From assembly GCA_003557725.1 (NCBI GenBank), contig PWNQ01000041.1, forward strand, positions 8,481 through 72,480: DNA of 64,000 nucleotides, given 5' to 3'. Positions 40,003 through 51,443 of this stretch are shown here, piece after piece. Every line of letters begins with the position of its first letter. Within the stretch, counting starts at the first letter, position 1. This stretch comes from Bacteroidales bacterium. Lineage in GTDB: Bacteria; Bacteroidota; Bacteroidia; Bacteroidales; PWNQ01. Below the pieces are notes generated by a model, which was not told the origin of the DNA, did no database searches, and was given only the letters and a program-made list of their open reading frames with translations. A program made the translations under genes and the position numbers.

Positions 40003-41055
40003 TTAATCAACAATAAGCATGGCATCGCCATAGGTGAAAAAGCGATACTTTTCTTTGACAGCTACTCTATAGGCCTCCATTAATAATTCATAACCGGCAA
40101 AGGCAGATACCAGCATCATCATGGTGGATTGTGGCATGTGGAAGTTGGACACCATAGAGTTGGCCACACCAAACTCATAGGGGGGGAAGATAAACTTGTT
40201 GGTCCAGCCGTTGTAAGGCTTTACATATCCTGTGATAGAAACACCTGACTCCAGCGCCTTCATGGTGGTGGTGCCAATAACACAGATGTTCTTGCCTTTG
40301 TCTTTGGTTGCATTTATAAGGTCGGCAGTGGGCTTTTCAATATGCATTTCCTCGGAGTCCATCTTGTGCTTGGACAGATCCTCCACGTCTATTTTTCTAA
40401 AGTTGCCCAGGCCGGCATGTAAGGTGACCTCGCCAAAGTTTACGCCTTTGATCTCCATCCTTTTTATAATCTCCCGGCTAAAGTGAAGGCCGGCGGTGGG
40501 GGCTGCAACAGCACCCTCATGTTTGGCGAAAATGGTTTGATAGCGCTCTTTGTCTTCCGGCTCAACAGGACGGTTAATGATGCGGGGTAGCGGAGTCTCT
40601 CCCAGCTTTTGAACCAGCTTGCGAAACTCCTCGTTGGTCCCATCATGTAAAAAACGAAGCGTCCGACCACGGGAGGTGGTGTTGTCAATCACTTCGGCTA
40701 CCAGATCATTGTCCTCACCAAAATATAGCTTGTTGCCAATACGTATTTTACGCGCCGGATTAACCAGCACATCCCATAAGTGGGTCTCCCGGTTGAGCTC
40801 ACGCAGAAGGAAAACCTCAATCTTTGCCCCTGTCTTTTCTTTTATACCATATAACCGGGCAGGAAAAACCTTTGTGTTATTGAGCACCAAAGTGTCCTGG
40901 TCATCAAAGAAGTTTAAAATGTCCTTAAATGACTTGTGTTCTATTTTGCCACTTTTTCTGTGCAATATCATTAAACGCGACTCATCACGATAACGGGGAG
41001 GATGGGTCGCTATCAGATCAACAGGGAGATCAAATTTAAACTGAGATAATTTCAT
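40003..41055 (-). CDS. queA: S-adenosylmethionine:tRNA ribosyltransferase-isomerase
   Basis: [50 protein letters not shown]. Confidence 0.96.
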   Translation of the reverse strand: MKLSQFKFDLPVDLIATHPPRYRDESRLMILHRKSGKIEHKSFKDILNFFDDQDTLVLNNTKVFPARLYGIKEKTGAKIEVFLLRELNRETHLWDVLVNPARKIRIGNKLYFGEDNDLVAEVIDNTTSRGRTLRFLHDGTNEEFRKLVQKLGETPLPRIINRPVEPEDKERYQTIFAKHEGAVAAPTAGLHFSREIIKRMEIKGVNFGEVTLHAGLGNFRKIDVEDLSKHKMDSEEMHIEKPTADLINATKDKGKNICVIGTTTMKALESGVSITGYVKPYNGWTNKFIFPPYEFGVANSMVSNFHMPQSTMMMLVSAFAGYELLMEAYRVAVKEKYRFFTYGDAMLIVD

Positions 41056-41216
41056 GTGTTTAAAAAATTTTGAAGACCATATATTTTGCTTTTATGCCCC
41101 GGATATACCAAATGGGCATGAAACAACCCAAAGGACACGCCAAGGCCATTGGCTATGCCATATACATCCCCGGTAAAAAGGGGATTAACATTTTGGACCC
41201 TTAGGGAAATGGCGTG

Positions 41217-41224
41217 CAAAGATA
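41217..41224 (-). promoter_or_regulatory. -7 promoter box for queA-ispD
   Basis: TATCTTTG(C) on the minus strand. Confidence 0.6.
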
Positions 41225-41351
41225 ATACATTAAGGAGGCCATGTCCAGTGTTTTCTTATAATAATGAACCAATTAAGGGGAAAGAGCTGTGTATGAGTGG
41301 GTAACAAATTCTTTGGCCGGGTTTCCCAATCCGGGGCTCCGGCGCAATAAA

Positions 41352-44144
41352 TCAATTGGCAACCACTACGTTGACGATACGTTTGGGGACGACTATCACT
41401 TTTTTGGGCGGTTTGCCTTGCAGGTATTTTTCACTACGCTCGTCATCAAGTACGGCTTGTTCAATTTCCTCTTTGTTCAAATCCAAAGGCAACGCTTTTT
41501 TAAAGCGCATTTTTCCATTGAAAGAAACGGGGTACTCAAAGCTATATTCTTTGAGGAAGGATGAGTCCAGTGGGGGTATTGGGGCATAGGCAATACTATC
41601 CCGGTGGCCCATTTTGCTCCATAGTTCTTCCGCAATATGGGGCGCAAAAGGGGCTATCAGGGTGGTGAGCGGTTCCAGGATGGCCCTTTTCCGGCAGTTT
41701 ATATCGGTGAGTTCATTTACACAGATCATAAACTGGCTCACAGTAGTATTAAATGCCAGGCGTTCCATATCATCCTTAACCTTTTTTATGGTTTGATGCA
41801 GTACCTTAAGTTCTTTTTCTGAAGGCCGGGCATCCTCTACTGCAAAGGTGCCCTGGTCATCGTGAAACAGCCGCCAGAGTTTTTTTACAAAGCGAAAAAC
41901 ACCTTCAATCCCCTGTGTATCCCAGGGCTTATGGCTTTCCAGGGGGCCCAGAAACATTTCATATAGCCGGAAGGTGTCTGCGCCATATTGCTCCATAAGG
42001 TCATCGGGGGCTTGAACATTATATTTGGACTTGCTCATTTTCTCCACCTCACGGCCGCAAATATATCTTCCATCTTCTTCAGTGATAAACTGGGCATCCT
42101 TATACTGAGGCCACCACTTTTTAAACGCTTCCGTATCAAGGACGTCGTTATCTACCAGGTTAATGTCCACGTGAATTTTCTGTGTTTTGTGCTTTTTGCG
42201 CTGGTGATAAGATACAAAGGTGTTGGTTCCCGGAATTCGGTATACAAAGCTGGAGCGACCCTGGATTTTTCCCTGGTTGATCATTCTTTTGTAGGGCTCT
42301 TCTTCTGTGGTCATTCCCAGATCATATAAAAACATGGCGCAAAACCGGGAGTATATGAGGTGTCCGGTAGCATGCTCATCGCCACCCAGGTACAGATCCA
42401 CGTCTTTCCAATAGGCGTTGGCATCTTTAGAGAAAAACTCCTTTTCATTGTGGGGGTCCATGTATCGGTAGTAGTAGGCATTGGATCCGGCAAATCCGGG
42501 CATAGTATTTGTTTCCAGCGGGTATCCTTCTTTGGTTTTCCAGTTTTTTGCTCTGGCCAGTGGCGGTTCTCCTTTTTCTGTGGGCTGGTATTTATCCACT
42601 TCAGGCAGCTTAAGGGGCAGTTGGTCATCATCCAGTGCGTAAGGCATGCCATTTTTATAGTATATGGGGAATGGTTCGCCCCAATACCGTTGGCGGCTAA
42701 AGATGGCATCCCTGAGCCGGAACTGAACCGTATCATGGCCCAGACCTTTCTCTTTCAGTATCTCAATGGTTTTATTGATGGCCTGGTCTACGGGTAACCC
42801 GTTGATGTCTTTTGAGTTGATTAGATGGCCTTCTTTGGAGTCGTAGGCATTTTCCCAGGTATCCGTATTTTCCAGAACTTCTCCGGGGCGGGACACCACC
42901 TGAACAATGGGCAAGTGATAGTGCCGTGCAAAGAGGAAGTCTCTGGCATCATGAGCCGGAACAGACATAATGGCGCCGGTACCGTATCCGCTGAGCACAT
43001 AGTCCGCAACCCATACGGGTATTGGCTTGCCGTTAAGAGGATTAATAGCATAAGAGCCGGTAAAAACACCGCTTACTTCTTTGGTATCTGCCATCCGCTC
43101 GCGTTCACTTCTCATTTTAGCCTGCTGAACATAAGCTTCCACCTCTTTTTGTTGCCCCGGTGTAGTGAGAGACTCCGTAAGTTCATGCTCCGGTGCAAGC
43201 ACCATAAAAGTAGCTCCGTAAAGGGTGTCGGGGCGTGTGGTAAATACTTCAATGCTTTGATCGCTGTCTTTAACAGGAAAATGCACGGTGGCCCCCTGTG
43301 ATCGTCCAATCCAGTTGCGTTGCACTTCTTTTACAGACCGGGGCCAGTTGAGGTGATCCAGGTTGTCCAGCATCCGTTGGGCGTAAGCACTGATCCTTAA
43401 AGACCATTGCATCATCTTTTTCTGTTCCACCGGATGGCCGCCACGTTCCGAAAACCCGTCCTTTACTTCATCGTTGGCCAGCACTGTACCCAGAGCTGGG
43501 CACCAGTTGACCATGGTCTTTGAAAGATAGGCCAGACGATAGTTCATAAGCATCTTTTGCTGCCTAACCTCATCCCAGCTGTTCCACTGTTGGGCAGTAA
43601 ATGGATCATGAGGGTGGGAATGAGCAGAAATATCCTTACTACCACTATCATAAAATAACTCAACAAGGGCGCTAATGGGACGAGCGGTATTTCTTTTGCT
43701 ATCATACCAGTGATCAAAAAAACGCAAAAAAGTCCATTGTGTCCATTTGTAATACGACGGGTCGCTGGTCCTTACCTCACGGGTCCAGTCAAAAGAAAAC
43801 CCGATACGATCCAGTTGCTTACGGTATCGTTTGATGTTACGCTCGGTGGTTACTGCCGGATGGGTGCCCGTTTGTATGGCATACTGCTCTGCAGGAAGAC
43901 CAAACGAGTCGAAACCCATGGGATGAAGTACATTGTAACCCTCCATTCGCTTATAGCGGGCCACAATATCCGAGGCAATGTAACCCAGTGGATGACCCAC
44001 ATGCAAACCTGCTCCGGAGGGATAAGGAAACATGTCCAATACATAATACTTCCTCTTGTCGCTTGGCTCTTCCACCACAAAGGTGTTATGCTCTGCCCAG
44101 TACTGCTGCCACTTCTTTTCGGTGGCTAAAAAATTGTAATCCAT
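41352..44144 (-). CDS. leuS: Leucine--tRNA ligase
   Basis: [14 protein letters not shown] (HIGH), FTTRPDT editing domain, [15 protein letters not shown]. Confidence 0.97.
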   Translation of the reverse strand: MDYNFLATEKKWQQYWAEHNTFVVEEPSDKRKYYVLDMFPYPSGAGLHVGHPLGYIASDIVARYKRMEGYNVLHPMGFDSFGLPAEQYAIQTGTHPAVTTERNIKRYRKQLDRIGFSFDWTREVRTSDPSYYKWTQWTFLRFFDHWYDSKRNTARPISALVELFYDSGSKDISAHSHPHDPFTAQQWNSWDEVRQQKMLMNYRLAYLSKTMVNWCPALGTVLANDEVKDGFSERGGHPVEQKKMMQWSLRISAYAQRMLDNLDHLNWPRSVKEVQRNWIGRSQGATVHFPVKDSDQSIEVFTTRPDTLYGATFMVLAPEHELTESLTTPGQQKEVEAYVQQAKMRSERERMADTKEVSGVFTGSYAINPLNGKPIPVWVADYVLSGYGTGAIMSVPAHDARDFLFARHYHLPIVQVVSRPGEVLENTDTWENAYDSKEGHLINSKDINGLPVDQAINKTIEILKEKGLGHDTVQFRLRDAIFSRQRYWGEPFPIYYKNGMPYALDDDQLPLKLPEVDKYQPTEKGEPPLARAKNWKTKEGYPLETNTMPGFAGSNAYYYRYMDPHNEKEFFSKDANAYWKDVDLYLGGDEHATGHLIYSRFCAMFLYDLGMTTEEEPYKRMINQGKIQGRSSFVYRIPGTNTFVSYHQRKKHKTQKIHVDINLVDNDVLDTEAFKKWWPQYKDAQFITEEDGRYICGREVEKMSKSKYNVQAPDDLMEQYGADTFRLYEMFLGPLESHKPWDTQGIEGVFRFVKKLWRLFHDDQGTFAVEDARPSEKELKVLHQTIKKVKDDMERLAFNTTVSQFMICVNELTDINCRKRAILEPLTTLIAPFAPHIAEELWSKMGHRDSIAYAPIPPLDSSFLKEYSFEYPVSFNGKMRFKKALPLDLNKEEIEQAVLDDERSEKYLQGKPPKKVIVVPKRIVNVVVAN

Positions 44145-44262
44145 GATCTTTCGTTCTTTCTGGTATGACTTCCTTTCAGCCTGCGAATTTAATTAAACGG
44201 TTTTTATTAGAGGGTAAATAAGAACATGCAAAAAAGTATTATTTTAGCCCATTGAAAACCCT

Positions 44263-45144
44263 ATGGCAAAAAAAGAAGAAAAATTGAGCAACCGAAGGCT
44301 CACAACCTCGGTACTAACCACAGTATTAAGCATATCACTGGTTCTTTACATGCTTGGACTGGTGGGGTTGATTGTATTGAATGCGAAAAATATCGCCGAT
44401 ACCGTGAAGGAAAATATTATGGTATCGGTGATCATGGATGAAGAGGTGAGTGAAGCGGATATCATTTTGCTTCAAAGAGCGATCGACCATAAACCATATC
44501 GGAAAAGAACACGATATGTGACACGGGAACAGGCTACAAGGGAATTAACCCAAGACCTGGGAGAAGACTTTGTGGAATTCCTGGGATATACCCCACTGTT
44601 GCCATCTATTGAAGTATATGTGAATGCAGAATATGTCAATAACGACTCCCTGGCAGTTATTTATGAACAACTCTCAGGAAAACCCGGAGTAAAAGAGGTG
44701 GACTATGAGAAATCATTGGTGGAACAGGTGAATAAAAACCTGCACCGGGTCTCTGTGATCATCCTTGCATTTAGTATTGTTTTGATCCTGATAGCCATTG
44801 CATTGATAAACAATACCATCAGGCTTTCTGTGTTTTCCAAACGCTTCCTTATTAAAAGCATGCAACTGGTAGGAGCTACCCAACGGTTTATCCGAAGGCC
44901 CTTCCTGCTTAAAGGTATGCTCCACGGGCTGGTTGCAGCGCTGCTTTCCATCGCTTTGCTAACAGGAACAATGGTTATCCTCAATGATTACTTCCCGGAC
45001 TTTATACATATGGATGACCTGGACTTGTATTTGTCCCTGTTCCTGGGGGTAATCATCTTCGGACTGCTGTTTACCTGGATAGCTACCTACTTTGCAGTTC
45101 GTAAGTACTTGAAAATTAAAACGGACCATTTATATTATTATTAA
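44263..45144 (+). CDS. ftsX: Cell division permease FtsX
   Basis: STVLSISLVL-like TM1, LINNTIRL, MQLVGAT, FIRRPF. Confidence 0.92.
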   Translation: MAKKEEKLSNRRLTTSVLTTVLSISLVLYMLGLVGLIVLNAKNIADTVKENIMVSVIMDEEVSEADIILLQRAIDHKPYRKRTRYVTREQATRELTQDLGEDFVEFLGYTPLLPSIEVYVNAEYVNNDSLAVIYEQLSGKPGVKEVDYEKSLVEQVNKNLHRVSVIILAFSIVLILIAIALINNTIRLSVFSKRFLIKSMQLVGATQRFIRRPFLLKGMLHGLVAALLSIALLTGTMVILNDYFPDFIHMDDLDLYLSLFLGVIIFGLLFTWIATYFAVRKYLKIKTDHLYYY

Positions 45145-45159
45145 AATTCGTGTGTTGGC

Positions 45160-45486
45160 ATGAAAAAAGAGCAAAAGAAGAACAAATCGGGTAATGAGCC
45201 TGCAAAAAAACCCGCAGGCAGAAAAAAAGAGGCTGTCTTGTACGAAGACTTTACTTTTGGAAGACAAAGCTACCGGTTGCTGATTATTGGCCTCATACTG
45301 ATTGGGGTAGGATTTGCCCTTATGGTAGGTGGAGGATCCGGTGACCCCGAAGTGTTTAGCGAGGATATCTTTAGTCACAGACGGATCACCTTAGGGCCCA
45401 TATTGGTCCTGGCAGGATATGTGGTGGAAGTCTTTGCCATTATGAAACGGCCACCCAGGAAAAAACAGAGTGACCCACCCGCTTAA
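45160..45486 (+). CDS. DUF3098-family membrane protein
   Basis: GFALMVGGGS...FSHRRITLGP; usual ftsX-DUF3098-uppP-truB order. Confidence 0.85.
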   Translation: MKKEQKKNKSGNEPAKKPAGRKKEAVLYEDFTFGRQSYRLLIIGLILIGVGFALMVGGGSGDPEVFSEDIFSHRRITLGPILVLAGYVVEVFAIMKRPPRKKQSDPPA

Positions 45487-45634
45487 CCTCACCATCTCAT
45501 ATATTCCTCCCTTTGCAAACTGTAACAAAATTCCCGGTGCTTTGGGACTTTGTTTTTTATTCATTATTATCCAGTCATCCCTCAGGGGGTGAAAGCTGTG
45601 TTCTTATTGCGGGTTCAATCATTAAATTTAAACT

Positions 45635-46426
45635 ATGAGTTGGTTAGAGGCATTGATTTTAGGGGTTATTCAGGGATTGACCGAGTTTTTACCGGTAAGC
45701 AGCAGTGGCCATCTGGAGCTGGCGGGAGCTATTTTAGATGACTCCATGCTCCCCGAGGAAGGGCTGCTTATGTCCATTATTCTTCATGGGGCTACGGCGC
45801 TAAGTACCATCGTAGTTTTTCGTAAGGATGTGATGGAAATGCTCCGGGGCATTATAAAATGGCAGTGGAATGAGGAGATGAAGTTTGCCTTTAAGGTGGG
45901 GATTTCAATGATCCCCGCAGGAATAATCGGGCTGTTCTTTGAAGAGCAGATCCAGCAGTTGTTTGGAGGGCAGGTTCTTCTGGTAGGCTTTATGTTGCTG
46001 GTTACCGGAACTTTGCTTTTTATTGCCGATTTATCCAAAACCACAGATAAAGGGGTGGGCTTCAGGCATTCGTTTATTATCGGGGTGGCTCAGGCGGTGG
46101 CTTTGTTGCCGGGCATTTCCCGGGCAGGGGCCACCATCTCCATGAGCGTTATGCTGGGCATAGACCGTGCCAGAGCTGCCCGGTTTTCTTTCCTTATGGT
46201 AGTACCCCTAATACTGGGGAAGGTGGTCCTGGACCTCTTTAGTGGTAACGTCAGCGACTCTACCCTGGAGGCGGGCCCGCTGGCAGTGGGGTTTGTTACC
46301 GCTTTTGTCTTTGGAGTGATGGCCTGTAAGCTTATGATCGCACTGGTGCGCAAAGCTAAACTAAAGTACTTTTCCTTCTATTGCTATGCCGTAGGACTCA
46401 CTGCCATAGCTCTGATGGTGTTTTAA
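45635..46426 (+). CDS. uppP: Undecaprenyl-diphosphate phosphatase
   Basis: QGLTEFLPVSSSGHL, PGISRAGAT, ARFSFL. Confidence 0.95.
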   Translation: MSWLEALILGVIQGLTEFLPVSSSGHLELAGAILDDSMLPEEGLLMSIILHGATALSTIVVFRKDVMEMLRGIIKWQWNEEMKFAFKVGISMIPAGIIGLFFEEQIQQLFGGQVLLVGFMLLVTGTLLFIADLSKTTDKGVGFRHSFIIGVAQAVALLPGISRAGATISMSVMLGIDRARAARFSFLMVVPLILGKVVLDLFSGNVSDSTLEAGPLAVGFVTAFVFGVMACKLMIALVRKAKLKYFSFYCYAVGLTAIALMVF

Positions 46427-46444
46427 TTCTGACCTCTTACCATT

Positions 46445-47200
46445 ATGATTAAGCCATTAAAGGAGATTGATAAAAATACGGACTTCCGGGAAGGGAAAAT
46501 GCTATTGCTGGATAAACCCTACGGAATTACATCATTCAAGCTGGTCAGGAATGTTCGCAACTGGGTGAAAAAAAATTACCGCATCCGGGAAAAACTTAAG
46601 GTGGGACATGCCGGAACACTGGACCCGCTGGCCAGCGGATTAATGATCATATGTACCGGAAAAATGACCCGAAAGATACAGGAACTGCAGGATACACACA
46701 AAACCTATGAAGGATGTTTCACCTTTGGTGCCACCACACCGTCTCTGGATCTGGAAACGCCCGTTGATCAATCATTTCCCACAGCGTATCTGACAGAAAA
46801 TACATTGAAAGAGGCTTTTAAAGAATTTACCGGGGAACAAAAACAAACTCCACCGGTTTATTCTGCCGTAAAAATCAAAGGGCGAAGGGCATATGATTAT
46901 GCCCGTACAGATACCCATGTGATATTACGGGAAAAAGATATTGTTATCTATAGCCTGGAGCTGTTATCTTTTAAAGAGAATATGGCAGAATTTCGCATTA
47001 AATGCAGCAAGGGCACTTACATACGGTCTTTAGCTCGTGACCTTGGAGCGCATCTTCAATCGGGGGCTTACCTGAGCCGCCTGGTGCGAACGGAGGTGGG
47101 CCCTTATAAGCTGGAAGAGGCTTTTTCCCCGGAGGAACTGGAGCAGAAGTTAATCCTGGGGAACCAGTCCGGTTTGGATATAATCCGCCCCCAGGGATAG
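46445..47200 (+). CDS. truB: tRNA pseudouridine(55) synthase
   Basis: LDKP, KVGHAGTLDPLASG, PPVYSA, CSKGTYIRSL. Confidence 0.96.
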   Translation: MIKPLKEIDKNTDFREGKMLLLDKPYGITSFKLVRNVRNWVKKNYRIREKLKVGHAGTLDPLASGLMIICTGKMTRKIQELQDTHKTYEGCFTFGATTPSLDLETPVDQSFPTAYLTENTLKEAFKEFTGEQKQTPPVYSAVKIKGRRAYDYARTDTHVILREKDIVIYSLELLSFKENMAEFRIKCSKGTYIRSLARDLGAHLQSGAYLSRLVRTEVGPYKLEEAFSPEELEQKLILGNQSGLDIIRPQG

Positions 47201-48013
47201 CGCTTTTTCCATAGCTTCCTCATCATACAACGACCAAAGCTGTACTTTTAACCCTTTAGCTCTGACTGCTGCTATGGCGGCCGAGTCCAGCTCCGGGTTG
47301 GCATAATTGTAGGAAATGCCATGGTATGACTTTTTTAATGCCTTTTTTGACAGCTCATTCAGGTCTTCATAGCCCAGCAGGTAACACTCTACCCCCTCAA
47401 GCCGGCCCTTTGCCTGGTCAAGAAAATACTGGTAATCCGTTTCTACCATCACCCGGTTATGCAGGCCATATTTGTTTAGCAATGCCTCCAGGCTGGTAAG
47501 CAGGCGGTCGAAGTATTCATGGGGAGCATTATTTTGGGAAAAACAACCATTGGGAAAATATCCTTTAATATCCAACGAAACCACAGGCCTAAATTGGCTG
47601 AGGGTCATCAGGATAAACACTTCCTCCAGGGTGGTCAGGGTAAATGCACTGTCCTTATGGCCCAGAGCTTTTAATTGGGCATCCGTTGAAGCGGGGATGC
47701 ACAAAAGCTCTTCCGGATTGTGCGGAAGACCGGCGTCATGGTAAAGCCATAAGGTGCCGTCTCTACTGCATTGAATGTCAATCTCAACTCCATCAAGGTG
47801 CTTAAAAGCTTGCTTAACAGAGGTGTAAGTGTTCTCCTGAAGGCCCGATACAGCGGTTTTGCCACTTCCGCGATGACCCAAAACTTTGGTCTCTGCCGGA
47901 CCAAGGGAGGCCTTCTCCCCAGGAGAACATCCCGGTGCAAGAAAAACAATAGCAAATAATAGGCCTGTTAAAAAACCTGGCAAAAACCCTTTAGCTCTTA
48001 ACGCATAATCCAT
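47150..48013 (-). CDS. Glycerophosphodiester phosphodiesterase family lipoprotein
   Basis: Lipobox APGC; GHRG, ENT, GVEIDIQ, YHD, LDIK; start uncertain (48013 or 48022); 3' end overlaps truB. Confidence 0.88.
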   Translation of the reverse strand: MDYALRAKGFLPGFLTGLLFAIVFLAPGCSPGEKASLGPAETKVLGHRGSGKTAVSGLQENTYTSVKQAFKHLDGVEIDIQCSRDGTLWLYHDAGLPHNPEELLCIPASTDAQLKALGHKDSAFTLTTLEEVFILMTLSQFRPVVSLDIKGYFPNGCFSQNNAPHEYFDRLLTSLEALLNKYGLHNRVMVETDYQYFLDQAKGRLEGVECYLLGYEDLNELSKKALKKSYHGISYNYANPELDSAAIAAVRAKGLKVQLWSLYDEEAMEKALSLGADYIQTGLVPQD

Positions 48014-48080
48014 ATCTTTCAATTATTAATTCTTACTCATTCTCTTCATCTCCTCAATCACCCCCGGTGCTGAATCTGCT

Positions 48081-50087
48081 TTATAGCAAGCGCGGCTGCT
48101 TGCTCAGTATGTTAAATGCCTCAAGCATTTCCTGAAGCTTTTTCTTCTTTTCCGGGTCGTTACATATGGTGATCTTCATGCCGTCATGTATCCTGAATAG
48201 CCTTCCCTCCGACAGAAAGAACTCCCCATATACCAGTTCATCAACATCCCGGTTTATTCTCATAAACGGGATGAATGCTGTACTTTGAAAGGTTGTGGAA
48301 GTATCAATGGGCTCTCCAAGCCAATGTACCCACTGCGGGGTTTGTATATTATAGTGTGCTTTCATCATCCCCAAAATGGAAGGGGTGATATCCGCTACGG
48401 AAGAAACACCGGAAAAAATGCGAGGCTCCTTCACCATGGGTGAAAAAATGATCAAAGGCACATGGTACTTTTCTAGGGGAGTGTAAGAAGACATGGGCAA
48501 ATGATGGTCTCCAAAAATAAAGAAAATGGTTCTGGAATATTCCGGCCTTCGGGCATATTGGTCAAAGAGCAGACGAATGGCATGGTCAGCATAAAGGATG
48601 GTGGAGAACTGGTCCTTTCGCCGCTCATAAAATGTCCTTTCCAATTTCAGGGATGCAGAGGTGTCCAGCATTTTCAAAAATTTTCTCTTCCATTTTTCCG
48701 GTGACGGAGGGCTGAACGGGTCGTGAGTGCTTAGTGTAAGATATATATCTGTGCGCAGGGGGTGGTCTAAAGAGTCCAGAACTTCCATAGACCGTTCAAA
48801 TACAGCATGGTCAGGATACCCCCAGCTAAAGCCTTCATCACACTCTTCAATTGGCCGGTAGGACTTTCCAAACCTCTGGTCGCCAAGAATATAGTCTATG
48901 CCTGTTTCTTTCAGAAAGGTGCTCATATGGTCAAATTGGGGCCAGCCACCATAAAAGAAGTGACTTTTATACCCGGCCTCCTGCTTCAGGATTTCGTTTA
49001 AAGAGAAAAAGTCAGGATAAGGGTCTTCTTCCGCCAGGCTGGCAAACCCCTTCTCTCCATAGGGCAGGGAGGCTAATGCCGAAGGAAGTGCATTGAAAGT
49101 TCGCTCTGATGTGGAAAGGAAGTTGCTCCAATATAACCCCTGTCGGGCCAGTGAATCCAAAAAAGGGGTGAAGCTGCCCCAGCGGGCACCCGGACCGGAA
49201 AAGTCACGGCCCAGACTCTCCACAATTATAAAAACAAAATTGGGCTCCTCTTCCGGTAAATCAAAAAAGGAACCTAATACATCCTTTTGCAACTCCTCCC
49301 GGAGAAAAGGTAAATGGAGAAACGGATAATGACGGTGAGGAAGCATGGAGTGAAAAGCCCGGGAAACAGCAGGAAGGTCCTGGTCAGTATAATGTGATCG
49401 GCGATGCAGGTTGCCGGATAGCTCCTTTATCAGATATGAGGTCTTGTTAACCTGTTGGTAGTAATGCTGATTTCTCTTGAAATCCTGAATGTTGGGAGTA
49501 ATATTGTTGAAGATGGTCATGGAAAGGAGTACAGGAATAAAAGCAATGACGGTGACCACAAGGGATGACTTGCATCTATATAGCAACAGCCAGGGGGTGG
49601 CAAAAGAAAAACCGATGATAATGAAGATCTTGAGAAAATCTGAAAAGGTAAAGGATGCGGAGGTGGACGCAATATAGAGCACATCGCTCACACTGTATAC
49701 CATCAGTGAATGATCCAAAGGAATAAAGGTGGTAAGATAATATTCCGATAAGAAGTAAGTTAGCAGCCCGGCGGATACTGCAACTATAATGCCCGCCCAT
49801 CTTATTGAATACCAAAGTCTGTGTGGAAGAAAAATATACAAAGGGAAAAAAATAAGCCCTGCAAAAGACGCAAATGTAAGGTCATACCGCCAGCCGGCAA
49901 GGTAACTGCCCAGGTCTGCATGGCTGTACCGGGAAGTATAAGAGAAGTACTCCAACAGGCGGACCAGCAAAAAGATAAAAAACAGCGACCAGATAACCTT
50001 AACGGCCGGGCCTGATTTTGCCAAAATCGGTTTTATTATACGCCAAACAATATGATGATCCCCTTTATTAGAAAATACTCCCCGCAT
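48081..50087 (-). CDS. LTA synthase / phosphoglycerol transferase family (sulfatase fold) membrane protein
   Basis: About five N-terminal TM helices, IIVESL, TPFLDSL, SERT (catalytic Thr position), STHDPF, GDHH, HVPLII; start uncertain. Confidence 0.85.
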   Translation of the reverse strand: MRGVFSNKGDHHIVWRIIKPILAKSGPAVKVIWSLFFIFLLVRLLEYFSYTSRYSHADLGSYLAGWRYDLTFASFAGLIFFPLYIFLPHRLWYSIRWAGIIVAVSAGLLTYFLSEYYLTTFIPLDHSLMVYSVSDVLYIASTSASFTFSDFLKIFIIIGFSFATPWLLLYRCKSSLVVTVIAFIPVLLSMTIFNNITPNIQDFKRNQHYYQQVNKTSYLIKELSGNLHRRSHYTDQDLPAVSRAFHSMLPHRHYPFLHLPFLREELQKDVLGSFFDLPEEEPNFVFIIVESLGRDFSGPGARWGSFTPFLDSLARQGLYWSNFLSTSERTFNALPSALASLPYGEKGFASLAEEDPYPDFFSLNEILKQEAGYKSHFFYGGWPQFDHMSTFLKETGIDYILGDQRFGKSYRPIEECDEGFSWGYPDHAVFERSMEVLDSLDHPLRTDIYLTLSTHDPFSPPSPEKWKRKFLKMLDTSASLKLERTFYERRKDQFSTILYADHAIRLLFDQYARRPEYSRTIFFIFGDHHLPMSSYTPLEKYHVPLIIFSPMVKEPRIFSGVSSVADITPSILGMMKAHYNIQTPQWVHWLGEPIDTSTTFQSTAFIPFMRINRDVDELVYGEFFLSEGRLFRIHDGMKITICNDPEKKKKLQEMLEAFNILSKQPRLL

Positions 50088-50304
50088 AACCGTTTCAATT
50101 AATGGGGCCGGCGCAAATGCGCAGGCAACTGTTCCTTGCACAAGGGCTGGCCTTTGTGCCAAATCAAAATGCTCCCGACTAAAATAAAAGAGAATACAGC
50201 CGGAAAGGCAGTGCAATTATACTGAAAAATTTAGATTAACAAGCATATTTCAATGTAGGTGCTCATGTTTCAGTATTTTTGCACATATTTATTAAACTTC
50301 TTTT

Positions 50305-51216
50305 ATGGAAGACCCATCATACAAGCTCAGGACACTGGTGGTTGTGAACCCGGTTTCAGGCACCCGTGAGAAACAGAAGATATTGAGCGTTCTTTATCGC
50401 CGGCTCCATAAGAGCAAGTTCAATATTGATGTGGAAAAAACCCAATACCCCGGCCATGGCAGAGAACTGGCGCGTAAAGCCGCCCATGATGGATATCACC
50501 TGGTGATTGCCGTCGGGGGAGACGGCCTGATCAATGAAGTGGCCGGAGCTTTGGTATATAGCCAAACCATCTTGGGGATCATCCCGGCAGGTAGCGGTAA
50601 CGGACTGGCCAGACATTTGAAAATTCCACGGAAGCCGGAAAAAGCTGCAGAGGTAATTAATAACTTCAAAGTGGCGGTTATGGACTCTTTTGCCGTGGGA
50701 GAAGACCGGTTTTTTTGTAATATGGCCGGAGTGGGCTTTGATGCCCACGTGGCAAAGCTGTTTCACAGCGGAAAACAACGAGGCTTTTTTACATATTTGA
50801 AAATCAGCCTGATGGAGGTGGTGCGGTTTCGACCAGAAAAATATACCCTGGTAATCAATGACAAAACATGGGAATACAATGCCTTCCTTATCGCTTTCGC
50901 CAACTCATCTCAGTTTGGCAGTAATGCAATAATCGCTCCCCATGCATCACTCACCGACGGACAAATGGATGTGTGCATCGTGGAGAAAATGCCCCTCTAT
51001 AAGGTGCCAATGGCCGGACTGGCTCTGATTACCGGACAAATACATAAACTGTCAATGGTGAAGTATTTTAGAACAGCTCAGGCTGAACTAATCCCTCATA
51101 ACCAAAACTCCTGCTGCCAACTGGACGGAGAACCATACCCGCTGAATGAGAATATGACAATCACAGCGAAAAGACACTCCCTTAGCGTGGTAGTGCCCCA
51201 AAAAACAGATATGTAG
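50305..51216 (+). CDS. Diacylglycerol/lipid kinase family (YegS/DagK)
   Basis: NPVSG, GGDG, PAGSGNGLAR, GVGFDA, QLDGE. Confidence 0.92.
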   Translation: MEDPSYKLRTLVVVNPVSGTREKQKILSVLYRRLHKSKFNIDVEKTQYPGHGRELARKAAHDGYHLVIAVGGDGLINEVAGALVYSQTILGIIPAGSGNGLARHLKIPRKPEKAAEVINNFKVAVMDSFAVGEDRFFCNMAGVGFDAHVAKLFHSGKQRGFFTYLKISLMEVVRFRPEKYTLVINDKTWEYNAFLIAFANSSQFGSNAIIAPHASLTDGQMDVCIVEKMPLYKVPMAGLALITGQIHKLSMVKYFRTAQAELIPHNQNSCCQLDGEPYPLNENMTITAKRHSLSVVVPQKTDM

Positions 51217-51288
51217 AAAGCTTGTCGCAGACTGTTTCGGGTTCGCTCTTCGCAGACTGTGGCAGGTGGGTGTTTAGTTGTTTGAGGA

Positions 51289-51312
51289 TGATTTCCAGCG
51301 AATGTGAAAAAT
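51289..51312. repeat. Short fragment of the MITE-like element
   Basis: TGATTTCCAGCGAATGTGAAAAAT vs TGATTTTCAGCGGATGTGAAAAAT (12463-12486), 22 of 24 identical. Confidence 0.65.
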
Positions 51313-51443
51313 TCGCCATAACTGACGTTTAAAATTGGCATAAAATCACGGATCCCCGGATGGGTTAGCATGGCAACGGCAGCATTTTGCCATTTTGGCC
51401 CAAAATTTGAATATAAAAGAGATACACTTAAAAATTTTCAGCC

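Noticed and set aside
47150..47200. Convergent 3' overlaps (truB/GDPD; also helicase/ispF at 6495-6529)
   Set aside because: Short tail-to-tail overlaps are common in compact bacterial genomes.
51225..51260. TCGCAGACTGT direct repeat as a mini CRISPR array
   Set aside because: Only two 11-bp units with a 14-bp gap, and no cas genes in the window.
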